Below are positions 36,431 to 46,585 of a stretch of DNA of 60,023 nucleotides, in pieces. Below the pieces are notes generated by a model, which saw only the letters and a program-made list of their open reading frames with translations, did not search any database and had not been told where the DNA came from. Origin of the DNA: a virus (Duplodnaviria > Caudoviricetes); IMG/VR virus record IMGVR_UViG_3300025280_000036, positions 1-60,023 of that record; one strand, written 5' to 3'. A program made the translations under genes and the position numbers. Within the stretch, counting starts at the first letter, position 1. Every line of letters starts with the position of its first letter.

Positions 36431-38538
36431 TGAATATTTTACAACAGGAAGATATGGTCAAGGGTCTTCCTGATGAAGCATTGATGCAGGAAGCGGAACA
36501 ACCCAGCGGGCAATTACCTCAATACCTGTTGATTTCCGAGGTTCAGCGCAGGGCTGATATGCGTAAACGGTATCAACAGCAAATGCAGGAAGCAGAGCCG
36601 ACCGTGGCCGAGCAGGTTTTACAGGAAGGCATTGCTGGTTTAGCTCCGCCACCTGAGCCAATGCAACAAGCCATGAATGGCGGTCAACCGCCAATGCAAC
36701 CGCCAATGAATGGTGCTCCTCAACAGATGCCTCCGGGAATGCCTCTACAGATGAATGGCGCTCCTCAACAGATGCCTCCGGGGATGAATGGCGGTTTTCC
36801 ACCACAATTTGAGACTCAAATGGCCTATCAGGGTGGTGTTGTAAGGATGAATGAAGGTAGTACGGTGGAACCTCCAAGGATGCTCCCGCTGATGAATGAA
36901 GAGGAAAAAAAGAAAAAAATAGCAGAAGCGATTGCTTTAGGAGCTACGGTAGAGCAAATAGGAAGTTTAAGCAGAGGCGCTTTTCGACCAACATTGATAG
37001 CTATGGGCTATGATCTTACTCCTGATGATTCTATTTCGGCAGGTGAGATGGCATCAATAGATGCTGCTCGTGATAATTTAGTTACAGAAATGCCTCCACA
37101 AATTGGGGCAGTTGCTGAGATTGGTCAATCGAATCAGTACGAGCCGGGACCTTACGCTAAAACTCAAAAAGAATTTTTAGAAAGATGGGAGAGCCGCCCC
37201 GGAGCGCCAACACCGAGAGAAATTGATTTGGGTGAGATTCCTCTGGATTGGCTGTCCAGAGGGGGAAGAGGGTCTTACGCTTCGCTAGGGTCTATGTTTG
37301 ATCCCAGTAGAGTAAAAGGATTGATTGCAACTGCGGAAGCTGCGGTCGATCCATCATTTGTTGTTGCGGCGGAGCAGCCAAAAATTGGAGGTAACTTGGT
37401 AGATACGGAGGGCAAACCAAAGGGTGCGATAATTGAAGATGCGCTTTCACTAATTGATACGTCTAGTTTTCCTAAACGCAGGGGGAAGCCTGAAACACTT
37501 TCTTCGGAATTTACGCAATTAAAGGGTGCTTCAGAAGAGTCAATTTCATTGGATGAACAAAGAGCAAATATAGCCAAGCAAAATGCGTTGCGGGATGAAA
37601 TGTTGAAGGAGGAAGCTGCTGGGGAAAATGGAGCGCCTGTATTGACTGAAAATGATATTGCACAACTTATATCAGGTAACCCTGATTCTCAAGATATGAC
37701 TCTTTTAGCACCTGAGATTCTTGCTGCGCAAGAAGAAGATCGGCAGCAGAATGCCGCCAATGTTGCCATTGCAAATAAGAGGAAAATGGCTGCCGCTAAA
37801 GCTGATGAGGATAAAGAAATTTCTCGGAGCAGTTTATTGAAAGCGTTAGGAGCATTAAAAAATAGAAAATCATCGATAGTGGATTATTCAGAATTGATAA
37901 AAAGTGGTGATGAACAAGCAAGGCAAGATGCTTTTTCTCAGATGCTGGTTAACCTTGGGGCTGGCATTGCTGCCGGTGATATGGCTCAGGGGTTAAGGGA
38001 CGCCGGAGAAGCTGTTGCAAAGACCAGAGGTAAGCAACGCGAATTGAGACAAGCTATGGAATTGGCGCAATTAAAGGGTGCTTCAGAGGCTGAAAAAGCT
38101 GACTTGGCGATGGAGCTTAGTATTATTGAAGCCCAATTAGGGGGGCTTCCTCCAGCAGCAGCCGCGATAACGCCATCTGAATTACAAAAAACATTGGCAG
38201 ATATGAATATTTTGAAGTCTCGGAATGAGGAAAATACGGATCATTATAAATACTTGGAGTCCAGAGTCGCCACTTTAACTAATCCTTCGGTGCAAAATGT
38301 TGTGGGTCCGGTTTTAATTAAAATGAAAGAGGTAGGTATGGATGGTCTCGATAAGGGTGAAAAAGATATTGTCAATAAATATTTTTCGGCTAATGATCTT
38401 GAACTAATATTAGAAACTCTTAGGAATCAGCCAAGAGAGGATGAAAGCGATGGCGGATTGCTTGCTGGCCTTGCACCCGCGCAGGCAAGCGGTGGCTTAG
38501 TGAAAGCGGCTGACGGGGTTTATCGGAGTGCGGGTTAA
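36430..38538 (+). CDS. Ejection protein
   Basis: Conserved-looking N-terminus, MNG-P repeats, position in the ejection block. Confidence 0.65.
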   Translation: MNILQQEDMVKGLPDEALMQEAEQPSGQLPQYLLISEVQRRADMRKRYQQQMQEAEPTVAEQVLQEGIAGLAPPPEPMQQAMNGGQPPMQPPMNGAPQQMPPGMPLQMNGAPQQMPPGMNGGFPPQFETQMAYQGGVVRMNEGSTVEPPRMLPLMNEEEKKKKIAEAIALGATVEQIGSLSRGAFRPTLIAMGYDLTPDDSISAGEMASIDAARDNLVTEMPPQIGAVAEIGQSNQYEPGPYAKTQKEFLERWESRPGAPTPREIDLGEIPLDWLSRGGRGSYASLGSMFDPSRVKGLIATAEAAVDPSFVVAAEQPKIGGNLVDTEGKPKGAIIEDALSLIDTSSFPKRRGKPETLSSEFTQLKGASEESISLDEQRANIAKQNALRDEMLKEEAAGENGAPVLTENDIAQLISGNPDSQDMTLLAPEILAAQEEDRQQNAANVAIANKRKMAAAKADEDKEISRSSLLKALGALKNRKSSIVDYSELIKSGDEQARQDAFSQMLVNLGAGIAAGDMAQGLRDAGEAVAKTRGKQRELRQAMELAQLKGASEAEKADLAMELSIIEAQLGGLPPAAAAITPSELQKTLADMNILKSRNEENTDHYKYLESRVATLTNPSVQNVVGPVLIKMKEVGMDGLDKGEKDIVNKYFSANDLELILETLRNQPREDESDGGLLAGLAPAQASGGLVKAADGVYRSAG

Positions 38539-38540
38539 TC

Positions 38541-41500
38541 ATGGGAACGGTTCGTGTAGAAGGTCTTGGCGAGGTTGAGATTGCAGGTGATACGCCTACC
38601 GTAGAGGAAGCAAGAAATATTTATGCATCTTTGCAGGAAAAAAAGTTAGAGCGTCCTCCAGATAAGGCACCTACACCTCCAGATAAACCTCCGGCCCCTC
38701 TTGCTAACGGTGAAGACCCTTCTGTTATAAAAGATATTCTTACTCAGGCCGTTGGTGGCGTTCGTGATGCCACTCAAAGTATTCTTAATTTAACAGCCAG
38801 ACCTGCTGCTTATCTTGAGGGTAAGCTTCCAACCACTGACAAACCGTTCAAACCGTTGACCCTACCTACTATTGCTCCGGCAAAAACCACAGGAGGAGGG
38901 GTAGCCAGAGGGCTTTCCCAATTTTTTGTGCCGTATTTAGGGGCGTTGAAAGTTTTGGGGGTTGGAAAAACATTTATTGGCACCTTGGCTAAGGCTGAAG
39001 GTGCGGCTGTTCTTACTGATCAGGCGGTCTTTGATCCGTTCGATCAAAAACTTTCTGATTTGGTTCAGTCAGTCCCTGCTTTACAGAATCCTGCTACGGA
39101 ATATTTACAAGCTGATGAAGATGATTCTGAGGCTGAAGCCAGATTCAAATTGGCTGTTGAAGGTATGGGATTGGGGGCTTTTGCTACAACTATCATTCAG
39201 TCTTTTAGGGGACTCAGATCACTCAAGAAAGGAAAGACAGAGCAAGGGATCAAGGAAGTTGACAAGGCTATCGAAGCTAGTCCAAAAATAGACCCGGTGG
39301 CATCGCCAAGAGAGGTTCTTGGGGATGACTATGCCGGGAATATACGAGTAGATAAATACAATACCACTGAAGATGTAAAACAGGGGATTCGTGATACTGC
39401 GGAAAAGAACGTGGGTAGGATAGACGAAGCAACACGCGGAACAATCACGACCGATCAATTAAAGGGACTAGCGCGAGAAGTAGGTTTAACTGTTGATGAT
39501 CTTTTAGATCGTGTTACAGGAGAGGCATGGAATGCAGAAGAGATATTAAGTGCTCGTATGATGATGTTAGCTTCTGCTATTAGGTTGCGTAATGCAGGAA
39601 AAGTAGCTTCAAAAACCGGGTTAGATGCTGATATCTTAAAAGTAAAAGATGCTCTTAATCTCCATGTTGGAATCCAAGAACAGGTATCTGGATTAGCTGC
39701 TGAAGCAGGTCGTGCGCTTAGACAATTTCGTCTAATAATTGGTGAAGGCAATGTAGAGGAATTATTGACTGCTGGAGGCGGGAAGAAAGCCATAAAAGAA
39801 ATAGCTGATCGTCTTGCTGTACTTGATCCAGAACTCGATATGGCGGTTTTTAATAATACGGCTAGGGTGCTTAATAAGCCAACCCTCATGGATAAATGGC
39901 TTGAGTTTTGGATCAACGGGTTACTTTCAGGACCGCAAACTCACGCGGTAAATTTTTTATCAAATGAATTAACATCGTTTTGGTCTATCCCAGAACATTA
40001 TCTGGCTGCCGGAATTGGTGCCATAAGAAAAACTCCAGAGAGGGTTACATTAGGAGAGGCTAATCATCGGCTTTATGGATGGCTCAAAGGACATCAGGAG
40101 GGCTGGGGTTTAGCCAAGAAAGCATTTATCACCGAAAGCCCGTCCGATATTTTTTCTAAATTGGAGCTTCCCAGAGAACGAGCAATAAAAGGCACACTTG
40201 GAAAGGTCATAAGATTACCCGGCAGGGCGTTGATAAGTTCTGATGAGTATTTTAAGTCGATTGGTTATCGGATGGAGCTTAACGCGCAAGCCTACAGGAG
40301 TGCTATTAAAGCTGGATTAAATCCGCGTTCAAGAGAATTTGCGGAATTTTTGGAAAAGATTAAAAATAATATCCCTGAAAATAAAAATCAAATAAAACAG
40401 GTGGCAAAAGAATTAGGGATGGGAGTTAGAGAATACAAAGCTCTGAAGAAAAAGATTTCCCTTAAAGCCACAGATAATGCCAGATACCTTACGTTCACTA
40501 AACCCCTTGAAGGCATTAGTGCTGACATTACATCTATACAGGCAAAAGCGCCAATTTCTAGGATGCTCATGCCATTTGTCAGAACTCCAACCAACATAGT
40601 CAGATTTGCCGCTGAAAGAACTCCTCTTGGATTGATGATGCGGGAAACGAAAAACGCCAAAGGAGCAGCAAAGGATGTGCAAATGGCTAAGATGGGGCTT
40701 GCGGCAGGGGCTGGTGCTCTCATCATGTCAATGGCAGGTCAAGGTAAAATAACCGGCTCCGGCCCAACCGATCCTAAAGCGCGCAGAGATATGTTGGATA
40801 CCGGCTGGCAACCTTATTCGTATGTTTATGAAGATGATGAAGGGAAGAAGCATTATTATTCCTACAAACGTATTGAACCGATGGGAATTTTGTTTGGCTT
40901 AACTGCGGATTTTCACGATATTGCTGGAGAAGTTCCAGATAAGGATGCAGATGAAATAGCGGCAGGTATTGTTGCTTCGATAAGCCAGAACCTTACCGAT
41001 AAGACTTTCTTTAAGGGGCTTGGTGATTTTTTCGAGGCTATGGGTAATCCAGACAGGCAGTTCACTGCCTACTTGCAGAATCTTAGCGGAACGATAGTAC
41101 CTTCTATTTTAGCTCAAACCACCAGAACCGTTGATCCTGTGTTAAGAGATACCAGATCATTTTTGAAAAGGATTAAATCGCGTATCCCCGGATGGTCCGA
41201 GACTCTTGAGGCAAGGCGCAATCTATGGGGAGAACGAATCATTCTGAGCGGGGGATTGGGTCCAGATATTATATCTCCTATTTATTCATCAGAATCAAAG
41301 AACGATCCGGTCGCCAATGAACTGGTCAGATTGGATTACCATCCTTCATTGCCGCAACGAACTCAAAGTGGTACAGAAATACCCGACAATTTGTATTGGC
41401 AATTTGTTGAAGACGCTGGCAAACCAGCGCATCAATTACTTGAAAGTATAATGGCACTGCCTGCATGGGAAGCGTTAAACAACAGACCTAGCGAACAAAA

Positions 41501-41693
41501 AGATATAATTAGAAAGGTTATTGATTTAACACGAAAGAACGCCCGACTTAAACTAAGAGTCGCAATGGGAGAATACTTGACTAAACAAGATAAGATTAAA
41601 ATAACAGAACAGTTAAAAATAGAAGGGCATTCTGAAGATAGCGCAGAGCAGTGGATTCGTGAAAATGTCAATAAAAAAACGGCAAGCCGGTAA
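38541..41693 (+). CDS. Large internal virion protein
   Basis: 1050 aa helical; LLSGPQTHAVN, PFVRTPTN, GWQPYS, YKRIEP motifs. Confidence 0.7.
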   Translation: MGTVRVEGLGEVEIAGDTPTVEEARNIYASLQEKKLERPPDKAPTPPDKPPAPLANGEDPSVIKDILTQAVGGVRDATQSILNLTARPAAYLEGKLPTTDKPFKPLTLPTIAPAKTTGGGVARGLSQFFVPYLGALKVLGVGKTFIGTLAKAEGAAVLTDQAVFDPFDQKLSDLVQSVPALQNPATEYLQADEDDSEAEARFKLAVEGMGLGAFATTIIQSFRGLRSLKKGKTEQGIKEVDKAIEASPKIDPVASPREVLGDDYAGNIRVDKYNTTEDVKQGIRDTAEKNVGRIDEATRGTITTDQLKGLAREVGLTVDDLLDRVTGEAWNAEEILSARMMMLASAIRLRNAGKVASKTGLDADILKVKDALNLHVGIQEQVSGLAAEAGRALRQFRLIIGEGNVEELLTAGGGKKAIKEIADRLAVLDPELDMAVFNNTARVLNKPTLMDKWLEFWINGLLSGPQTHAVNFLSNELTSFWSIPEHYLAAGIGAIRKTPERVTLGEANHRLYGWLKGHQEGWGLAKKAFITESPSDIFSKLELPRERAIKGTLGKVIRLPGRALISSDEYFKSIGYRMELNAQAYRSAIKAGLNPRSREFAEFLEKIKNNIPENKNQIKQVAKELGMGVREYKALKKKISLKATDNARYLTFTKPLEGISADITSIQAKAPISRMLMPFVRTPTNIVRFAAERTPLGLMMRETKNAKGAAKDVQMAKMGLAAGAGALIMSMAGQGKITGSGPTDPKARRDMLDTGWQPYSYVYEDDEGKKHYYSYKRIEPMGILFGLTADFHDIAGEVPDKDADEIAAGIVASISQNLTDKTFFKGLGDFFEAMGNPDRQFTAYLQNLSGTIVPSILAQTTRTVDPVLRDTRSFLKRIKSRIPGWSETLEARRNLWGERIILSGGLGPDIISPIYSSESKNDPVANELVRLDYHPSLPQRTQSGTEIPDNLYWQFVEDAGKPAHQLLESIMALPAWEALNNRPSEQKDIIRKVIDLTRKNARLKLRVAMGEYLTKQDKIKITEQLKIEGHSEDSAEQWIRENVNKKTASR

Positions 41694-41713
41694 AATAATC
41701 ACAGGAAAATAAA

Positions 41714-42343
41714 ATGACTACAGGACAAACAGTACCGCCGGGTTATTACGTCAGCAACAGCGCAGACGAGGACGTGTTCTGCGTCACGAAGACCAATAAC
41801 TTTTATTTCAAGAAAGCCCGTGGCAAGAAATGGGCACGTACTGATTCATGGAACTTCGATCATCTGTGTGATGTGGAAACCGTTAACGAAGTGCAGGGTG
41901 TCAGCGGTGATGTGAACACGCACGATGGCCGTGGTCTGGAAGTCAGCGTGTCGGCGCACATCGGTGTCACGGTATCCGACGTGATGAAGTGGCATTATGT
42001 CAACCCGGATGGCAACCAAGCCACGCTGTGGGCTGGCCCTGAAGGCGGACCCGGTAAGGGTGTGAGCATGGATGTGGGTGTGTGGTACGACAAGAACGGT
42101 AACGTTCATATGAAGCTCTCGGCTTCCGGGGTGATCCCTCATTTTGATTTTGGCGGGGAAGTTGTGATCAACCCAAAGACTGTTGAAAACTTAGAGAAAC
42201 CCACAGCAGATGACAAGGCGTTTGCCAAGGGGTTTACCGAGGGTGCCACTCTGGGTATTGCAGACAAGCCACCGAAGGTTCTGACCGAAGGTGTTGCCGT
42301 GGTGGATAAAGTGGGTAAGAAAGTTCTTGGCTGGTTCAAGTAG
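41714..42343 (+). CDS. Hypothetical beta-rich protein
   Basis: AGGA RBS; no recognised family. Confidence 0.7.
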   Translation: MTTGQTVPPGYYVSNSADEDVFCVTKTNNFYFKKARGKKWARTDSWNFDHLCDVETVNEVQGVSGDVNTHDGRGLEVSVSAHIGVTVSDVMKWHYVNPDGNQATLWAGPEGGPGKGVSMDVGVWYDKNGNVHMKLSASGVIPHFDFGGEVVINPKTVENLEKPTADDKAFAKGFTEGATLGIADKPPKVLTEGVAVVDKVGKKVLGWFK

Positions 42344-42349
42344 GGCGTT

Positions 42350-42613
42350 ATGTCGATAGTCACAGAATCTCCTGCCAATTTTTACGAAGGCTTGTTTATG
42401 AACGAGGGCCATTTCGTTGAATTCACGCTGGGGCTTGACAACCTCGTCTGGGTGAATGAGACCATCGAATCCATCCGCAAGCCAAAGCCTAAAATTATCA
42501 CCAAAATTTACGGCATTAAGGATGCGATAGAATTTCAAAGCAGTCTCATCGATTTTGGCTACCATCACTTACCCGCCTTTGAGTTATCCGAGCAGTCCGA
42601 CTACATCAATTAA
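42350..42613 (+). CDS. Hypothetical protein
   Basis: Fills the gap in the operon. Confidence 0.55.
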   Translation: MSIVTESPANFYEGLFMNEGHFVEFTLGLDNLVWVNETIESIRKPKPKIITKIYGIKDAIEFQSSLIDFGYHHLPAFELSEQSDYIN

Positions 42614-42627
42614 CGGGGCAGACGATT

Positions 42628-43002
42628 ATGGGCGATCAATTCAGCGGCGATCTTTCACGCAATGAAGTGGAGATGGATCTCAGTAAGTTCCTTGAGATTA
42701 TGAAGGACAACTCTGATCTCAAGGATAAGATCCGTGAATTGCAGGGCGCAGAAAAAGTCAACCCGTACCAGAAATGGATACATCTTGCCAAGACCATAGA
42801 TGCTTGGCGCATCTTTCCTCGCGTGTTTGTCGGGGTATATATCTATTTGCTGTACGCGGTGGTGATCTGGTTTATGACCCTTAACGAACCAAACTTGGAA
42901 CAAGCTGGTCTGGTGTCGGTCGTTGTTGGGGCAATGGCGGCAGTGTTTGGAATATACGCAGGCACGTCAGGACAGAGCAAAAAGTTTAAAGGTGAAGGTT
43001 AG
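42628..43002 (+). CDS. Two-TM membrane protein (holin-like)
   Basis: DAWRIFPR followed by two hydrophobic helices. Confidence 0.7.
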   Translation: MGDQFSGDLSRNEVEMDLSKFLEIMKDNSDLKDKIRELQGAEKVNPYQKWIHLAKTIDAWRIFPRVFVGVYIYLLYAVVIWFMTLNEPNLEQAGLVSVVVGAMAAVFGIYAGTSGQSKKFKGEG

Positions 43003-43283
43003 TGAACGAAGCCTTTAATCTGATTGCTGATGTTGGGTTCCCGATTGCGATTGCATTGATTGCAGGCTTCTTTATTTTCCTGACCATCAAGTACATTCTT
43101 GAAAGCGTCATCGGGCAGGTCAGCGGTATTCATGTGATCGTCACTGGCTTGGATAACCGTGTGAAAACGATGAACCATGACATCATTCGTTTAGATGCAA
43201 CCATGTGTGCGGTTCTGGGGATTAGACCTGATCTGGGCAGGATAGCTCGGGCTGACGGTAAGGACGATGCTCGGCGTGACTGA
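43002..43283 (+). CDS. Single-TM coiled-coil protein
   Basis: DVGFPIA...DIIRLD; paralog of the next ORF. Confidence 0.75.
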   Translation: MNEAFNLIADVGFPIAIALIAGFFIFLTIKYILESVIGQVSGIHVIVTGLDNRVKTMNHDIIRLDATMCAVLGIRPDLGRIARADGKDDARRD

Positions 43284-43543
43284 TGGATATCGCAAATGTT
43301 GTCAGCGAGTACGGTTTTCCTATCGTGGCGACGGTGGGTCTGTTGTACATGATTTATTTTATCTGGCAATTCATCACCCATCAGATCAAGAAGAAACTGT
43401 CAGAGGCGAATGTTACTTTGGTGGCACTCATTGACCGGATTCGGATGTTGGACAACGACATCATAAGGCTGCAACAGAAACTCGATACCGTCATTGAATT
43501 GCGGGAAGCAAAGGCGGAACAGAATGAAATGGATAAGGATTAG
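43283..43543 (+). CDS. Single-TM coiled-coil protein
   Basis: EYGFPIV...DIIRLQ. Confidence 0.75.
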   Translation: MDIANVVSEYGFPIVATVGLLYMIYFIWQFITHQIKKKLSEANVTLVALIDRIRMLDNDIIRLQQKLDTVIELREAKAEQNEMDKD

Positions 43544-44015
43544 TTTGCTGCTGGTGCTTTCTCCGGCTTTATCTTATTCGTCTGAGTTGGTTCACAAGTT
43601 CGGTAGCCCTAGTTTCAACGGGATCAATCAATCGGCCCATTACCTGACCATTGATGAGCAGGAAAGAACCCGCTCAGAGAAAGTTGCTGCGGATATCCAA
43701 GATGCCTTGGACGAGGCTGAACGTGAGGCGGATAACACCACGCTTGCCAAGTTCCTGCGTAATCTTGAGTCGAGGATTTATTCAACACTCGCCAAGGACA
43801 TTTCAGAATCGCTGTTCAATTACGACAACATCCCCACAAGCGAGAACCCCATCGTCGGGAGAATCAATCTCGAAGGCAATATCCTTACGTGGCTTAACGA
43901 TGGAACCAGCATTACGCTCACCATCGAGGAATGGTTCGACGGGCTTCTGATCTCAACCACTGAGATCGTGATTCCTGTAGGTTCTTTCGGAGGGTGTCTG
44001 ACAGACTGTGAATGA
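43524..44015 (+). CDS. csgF: Curli assembly protein CsgF
   Basis: Signal peptide, SELVHKFGSPSFNG, FLRNLESRIYSTLA...LF, TEIVIP. Confidence 0.85.
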   Translation: MKWIRISLLLVLSPALSYSSELVHKFGSPSFNGINQSAHYLTIDEQERTRSEKVAADIQDALDEAEREADNTTLAKFLRNLESRIYSTLAKDISESLFNYDNIPTSENPIVGRINLEGNILTWLNDGTSITLTIEEWFDGLLISTTEIVIPVGSFGGCLTDCE

Positions 44016-44857
44016 TGAAGCACTTATTCTTGTTAGCCGTGTTGCTTGCCGTGGGTTGTGCGCCTATTGGCATGGGCAAAAGAAATGAAGATTGCAGTTC
44101 TCTTACGGCGTGTATTGAGGGTCCGCAGATCGTACCCAGTGCAGCCCAGCAGTTACTAAACCTGCCGCCTCCTAAGAACAAGGCGGTGGTGGCGGTATAC
44201 AGTTTCACCGACAAGACGGGACAACGAAAGTCCAACGACAACCTAGCCAGCTTCAGCACCGCAGTTACCCAAGGCGGTGTGGATATCCTGATTGAGGCGT
44301 TGAAGGACGCAGGCCGGGGTAATTGGTTTGCGGTGGTGGAAAGAGCAGGGCTGGACAGCCTGACCCGAGAACGACAGCTTATCAAGAACACCCGGCAGAC
44401 CTACGCCGGGGAGGGGGAGAATGTCCTCAAGCCGTTGCTCTATGCCGGGTTGATCCTTGAAGGTGGCATTTCGTTTTACGACACGAACCTGCGAACCGGT
44501 GGTAACGGGGCTAGGTTCTTAGGTATCGGGGCGATGAACCAGTACCGCGAAGACAAGGTGACGGTAATTCTGCGAGCAATACTGGTACAAACCGGGGAAG
44601 TGTTGCTGAACGTGACGGCCACGAAAACCATCCTGTCCACCGGCAGGGGCACCGACCTGTTCAGGTTCTACGAACAGGGTACTGAACTGGTTGAGATCGA
44701 GAGCGGCAGCACCGAGAACGAACCGGTGGGTCATGCCGTCAGAGCAGCTATCGAGGCGGCGGTGTACGGGCTGGTGATTCAAGGTCTGGAAAGGCAGGTC
44801 TGGGACTTCGATTATGCTAAACTGGTGCGGGAGGATAACGATGAAAGTTCTTCTTAA
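44012..44857 (+). CDS. csgG: Curli secretion channel CsgG (outer-membrane lipoprotein)
   Basis: LAVGC lipobox; VAVYSFTDKTGQRK, FSTAVTQG, WFAVVERAGLDSLTRERQLI, EGGISFYD, GIGA..QYRED. Confidence 0.95.
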   Translation: MMKHLFLLAVLLAVGCAPIGMGKRNEDCSSLTACIEGPQIVPSAAQQLLNLPPPKNKAVVAVYSFTDKTGQRKSNDNLASFSTAVTQGGVDILIEALKDAGRGNWFAVVERAGLDSLTRERQLIKNTRQTYAGEGENVLKPLLYAGLILEGGISFYDTNLRTGGNGARFLGIGAMNQYREDKVTVILRAILVQTGEVLLNVTATKTILSTGRGTDLFRFYEQGTELVEIESGSTENEPVGHAVRAAIEAAVYGLVIQGLERQVWDFDYAKLVREDNDESSS

Positions 44858-45518
44858 ATTGTTGATGCTATTGGTTCCGGCGGTTGTGCTTGGAGCCAAC
44901 AACGATATATACATAACCCAGACAGGAACGGGCCTTACATTGACCATCGACCAGATCGGGGCGAGCAACAAGGTTGGAACCTCGCAGGCCAGAGTTATTT
45001 TGGGTGGCACCAGCATGACCGTTGATCTGGATCAGATCGGTGACACCAACGTCATCGCTGCAAGCATCTTACAAGGCAACTCATCCAGTTGGACATACAA
45101 AGCAACGGGTGATAGCAACGTGGCTACCCTCGCAGTCGGGGCAACCGGGGATTCTGCCAGTTCGGATTTCGACTTCGAGGCCACAGGCGACAGCAACGTG
45201 CTCACGTTCACCCAAGGTGACGCAGCAACAGCCACGGCAGGTAATCAGGATTTCGCTGTGACAGGCACGTCAAACGATCTGAACGTCAAATGCAACGTCA
45301 TCGGCTGTATCAACAACTGGACTGTCTCAGGGAACAGCAACGATATCGATACGTTGCAATCAGGGCGACAGGATCACGACATCACCATATCCCTTACCGG
45401 TTCTTCAAATAATGTTGACGTGGATCAAACCGACACGGCCAGCACCAATGTGGCTAACATCATTTCAACAACGAGCAACGGCGTCATCAACGTGGATCAA
45501 TGCGCCAGTGGCTGTTAA
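44841..45518 (+). CDS. Secreted curlin-like beta-solenoid protein 1
   Basis: Signal peptide; repeated xQxGxxN / GxSN units. Confidence 0.75.
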   Translation: MKVLLKLLMLLVPAVVLGANNDIYITQTGTGLTLTIDQIGASNKVGTSQARVILGGTSMTVDLDQIGDTNVIAASILQGNSSSWTYKATGDSNVATLAVGATGDSASSDFDFEATGDSNVLTFTQGDAATATAGNQDFAVTGTSNDLNVKCNVIGCINNWTVSGNSNDIDTLQSGRQDHDITISLTGSSNNVDVDQTDTASTNVANIISTTSNGVINVDQCASGC

Positions 45519-46585
45519 GTTTACTGTTCGTTGGTGCAGCCCATGCGGCAGGCATTGGGGAGATATCTGAGTTAAAGGGTGTCGGTGAGATCACCCGTAA
45601 GGATTCCGACGCTGCATTCCTAGCTGAACTCGCTTCCGATATTTTCTCTTTCGATGATGTCACGACCGGCAACGGTCGCATGGCAATCCAGTTTCTCGAT
45701 TCTTCTACGCTGAAGTTAACAGAGCACTCTAAGGTGGTCATTGATGAATACATCTATGACCCCGATCCCAGCAAGACCAAGCTGGCCCTGAACATGGCGT
45801 CAGGTACGGCCCGGTTTATCACGGGTGCTTTGGCGAGGATCAACAAGAACAACATTTCCATTCGCACCCCCAGTGCCACCATCGCTATCAGGGGCACGGA
45901 CTTCACCACCACGGTTGACGAGCTTGGCCGCTCGCTGATCATCCTGCTGCCTGATCCTGATGGCACCTCCTCGGGGGAGATTTCAGTGACCACATGGTCG
46001 GGGACGGAAATTCTCAACCAGCCCTTCCAGGCCACGATGGTGTCAACCTTTGAGTCACGGCCTACCAAGGCCGTCACCCTTGGCAACATCACGCTTGATC
46101 TGATCGACAACATGCTGATCATCAACAAGCCGCCTGCCATTGTGCAAGCAGAGGCAGAGCAGAGCGGTGAGGTAAAGACCGATCTCGACAGGGATTTCTT
46201 TGAGGATGCTCCCGATCTGGATAAGGATTTTCTTGAGATTGAAGAGGAAATCAGCAGGCTGGATATTGACCTGTTAAGTTTTGATTTTCTGGTGGATTTA
46301 TTAGCAATCGTTGAGACTGGCAGTAAGAAGAAAACCACGTCTGGTGGTGAGCTACAGGGCGTGGAACTGACCGGGATCATCCCCGGTTTTGATCCGACCT
46401 ACCAGACTTATACCTTTGTCGAAGGGATGTATGTGTATTTTGTTCACCAAGGAACCAACACGTTTGATATAGCCTTGGACAAGGAAGCAGCAGCTTACCT
46501 GAGCATAAATTCTTTTGGCGTTCCGATGGAGATAGAGGTCAATGGCGCGGGCGATAATACTATCGTTATTTTTCAGTCTCCTTAG
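45500..46585 (+). CDS. Periplasmic FecR-domain protein
   Basis: Signal peptide; DDVTTGNGRMAIQFLDSSTLKLTEHSKVVID...GTARFITG...TPSATIAIRGTDF. Confidence 0.88.
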   Translation: MRQWLLSLLFVGAAHAAGIGEISELKGVGEITRKDSDAAFLAELASDIFSFDDVTTGNGRMAIQFLDSSTLKLTEHSKVVIDEYIYDPDPSKTKLALNMASGTARFITGALARINKNNISIRTPSATIAIRGTDFTTTVDELGRSLIILLPDPDGTSSGEISVTTWSGTEILNQPFQATMVSTFESRPTKAVTLGNITLDLIDNMLIINKPPAIVQAEAEQSGEVKTDLDRDFFEDAPDLDKDFLEIEEEISRLDIDLLSFDFLVDLLAIVETGSKKKTTSGGELQGVELTGIIPGFDPTYQTYTFVEGMYVYFVHQGTNTFDIALDKEAAAYLSINSFGVPMEIEVNGAGDNTIVIFQSP

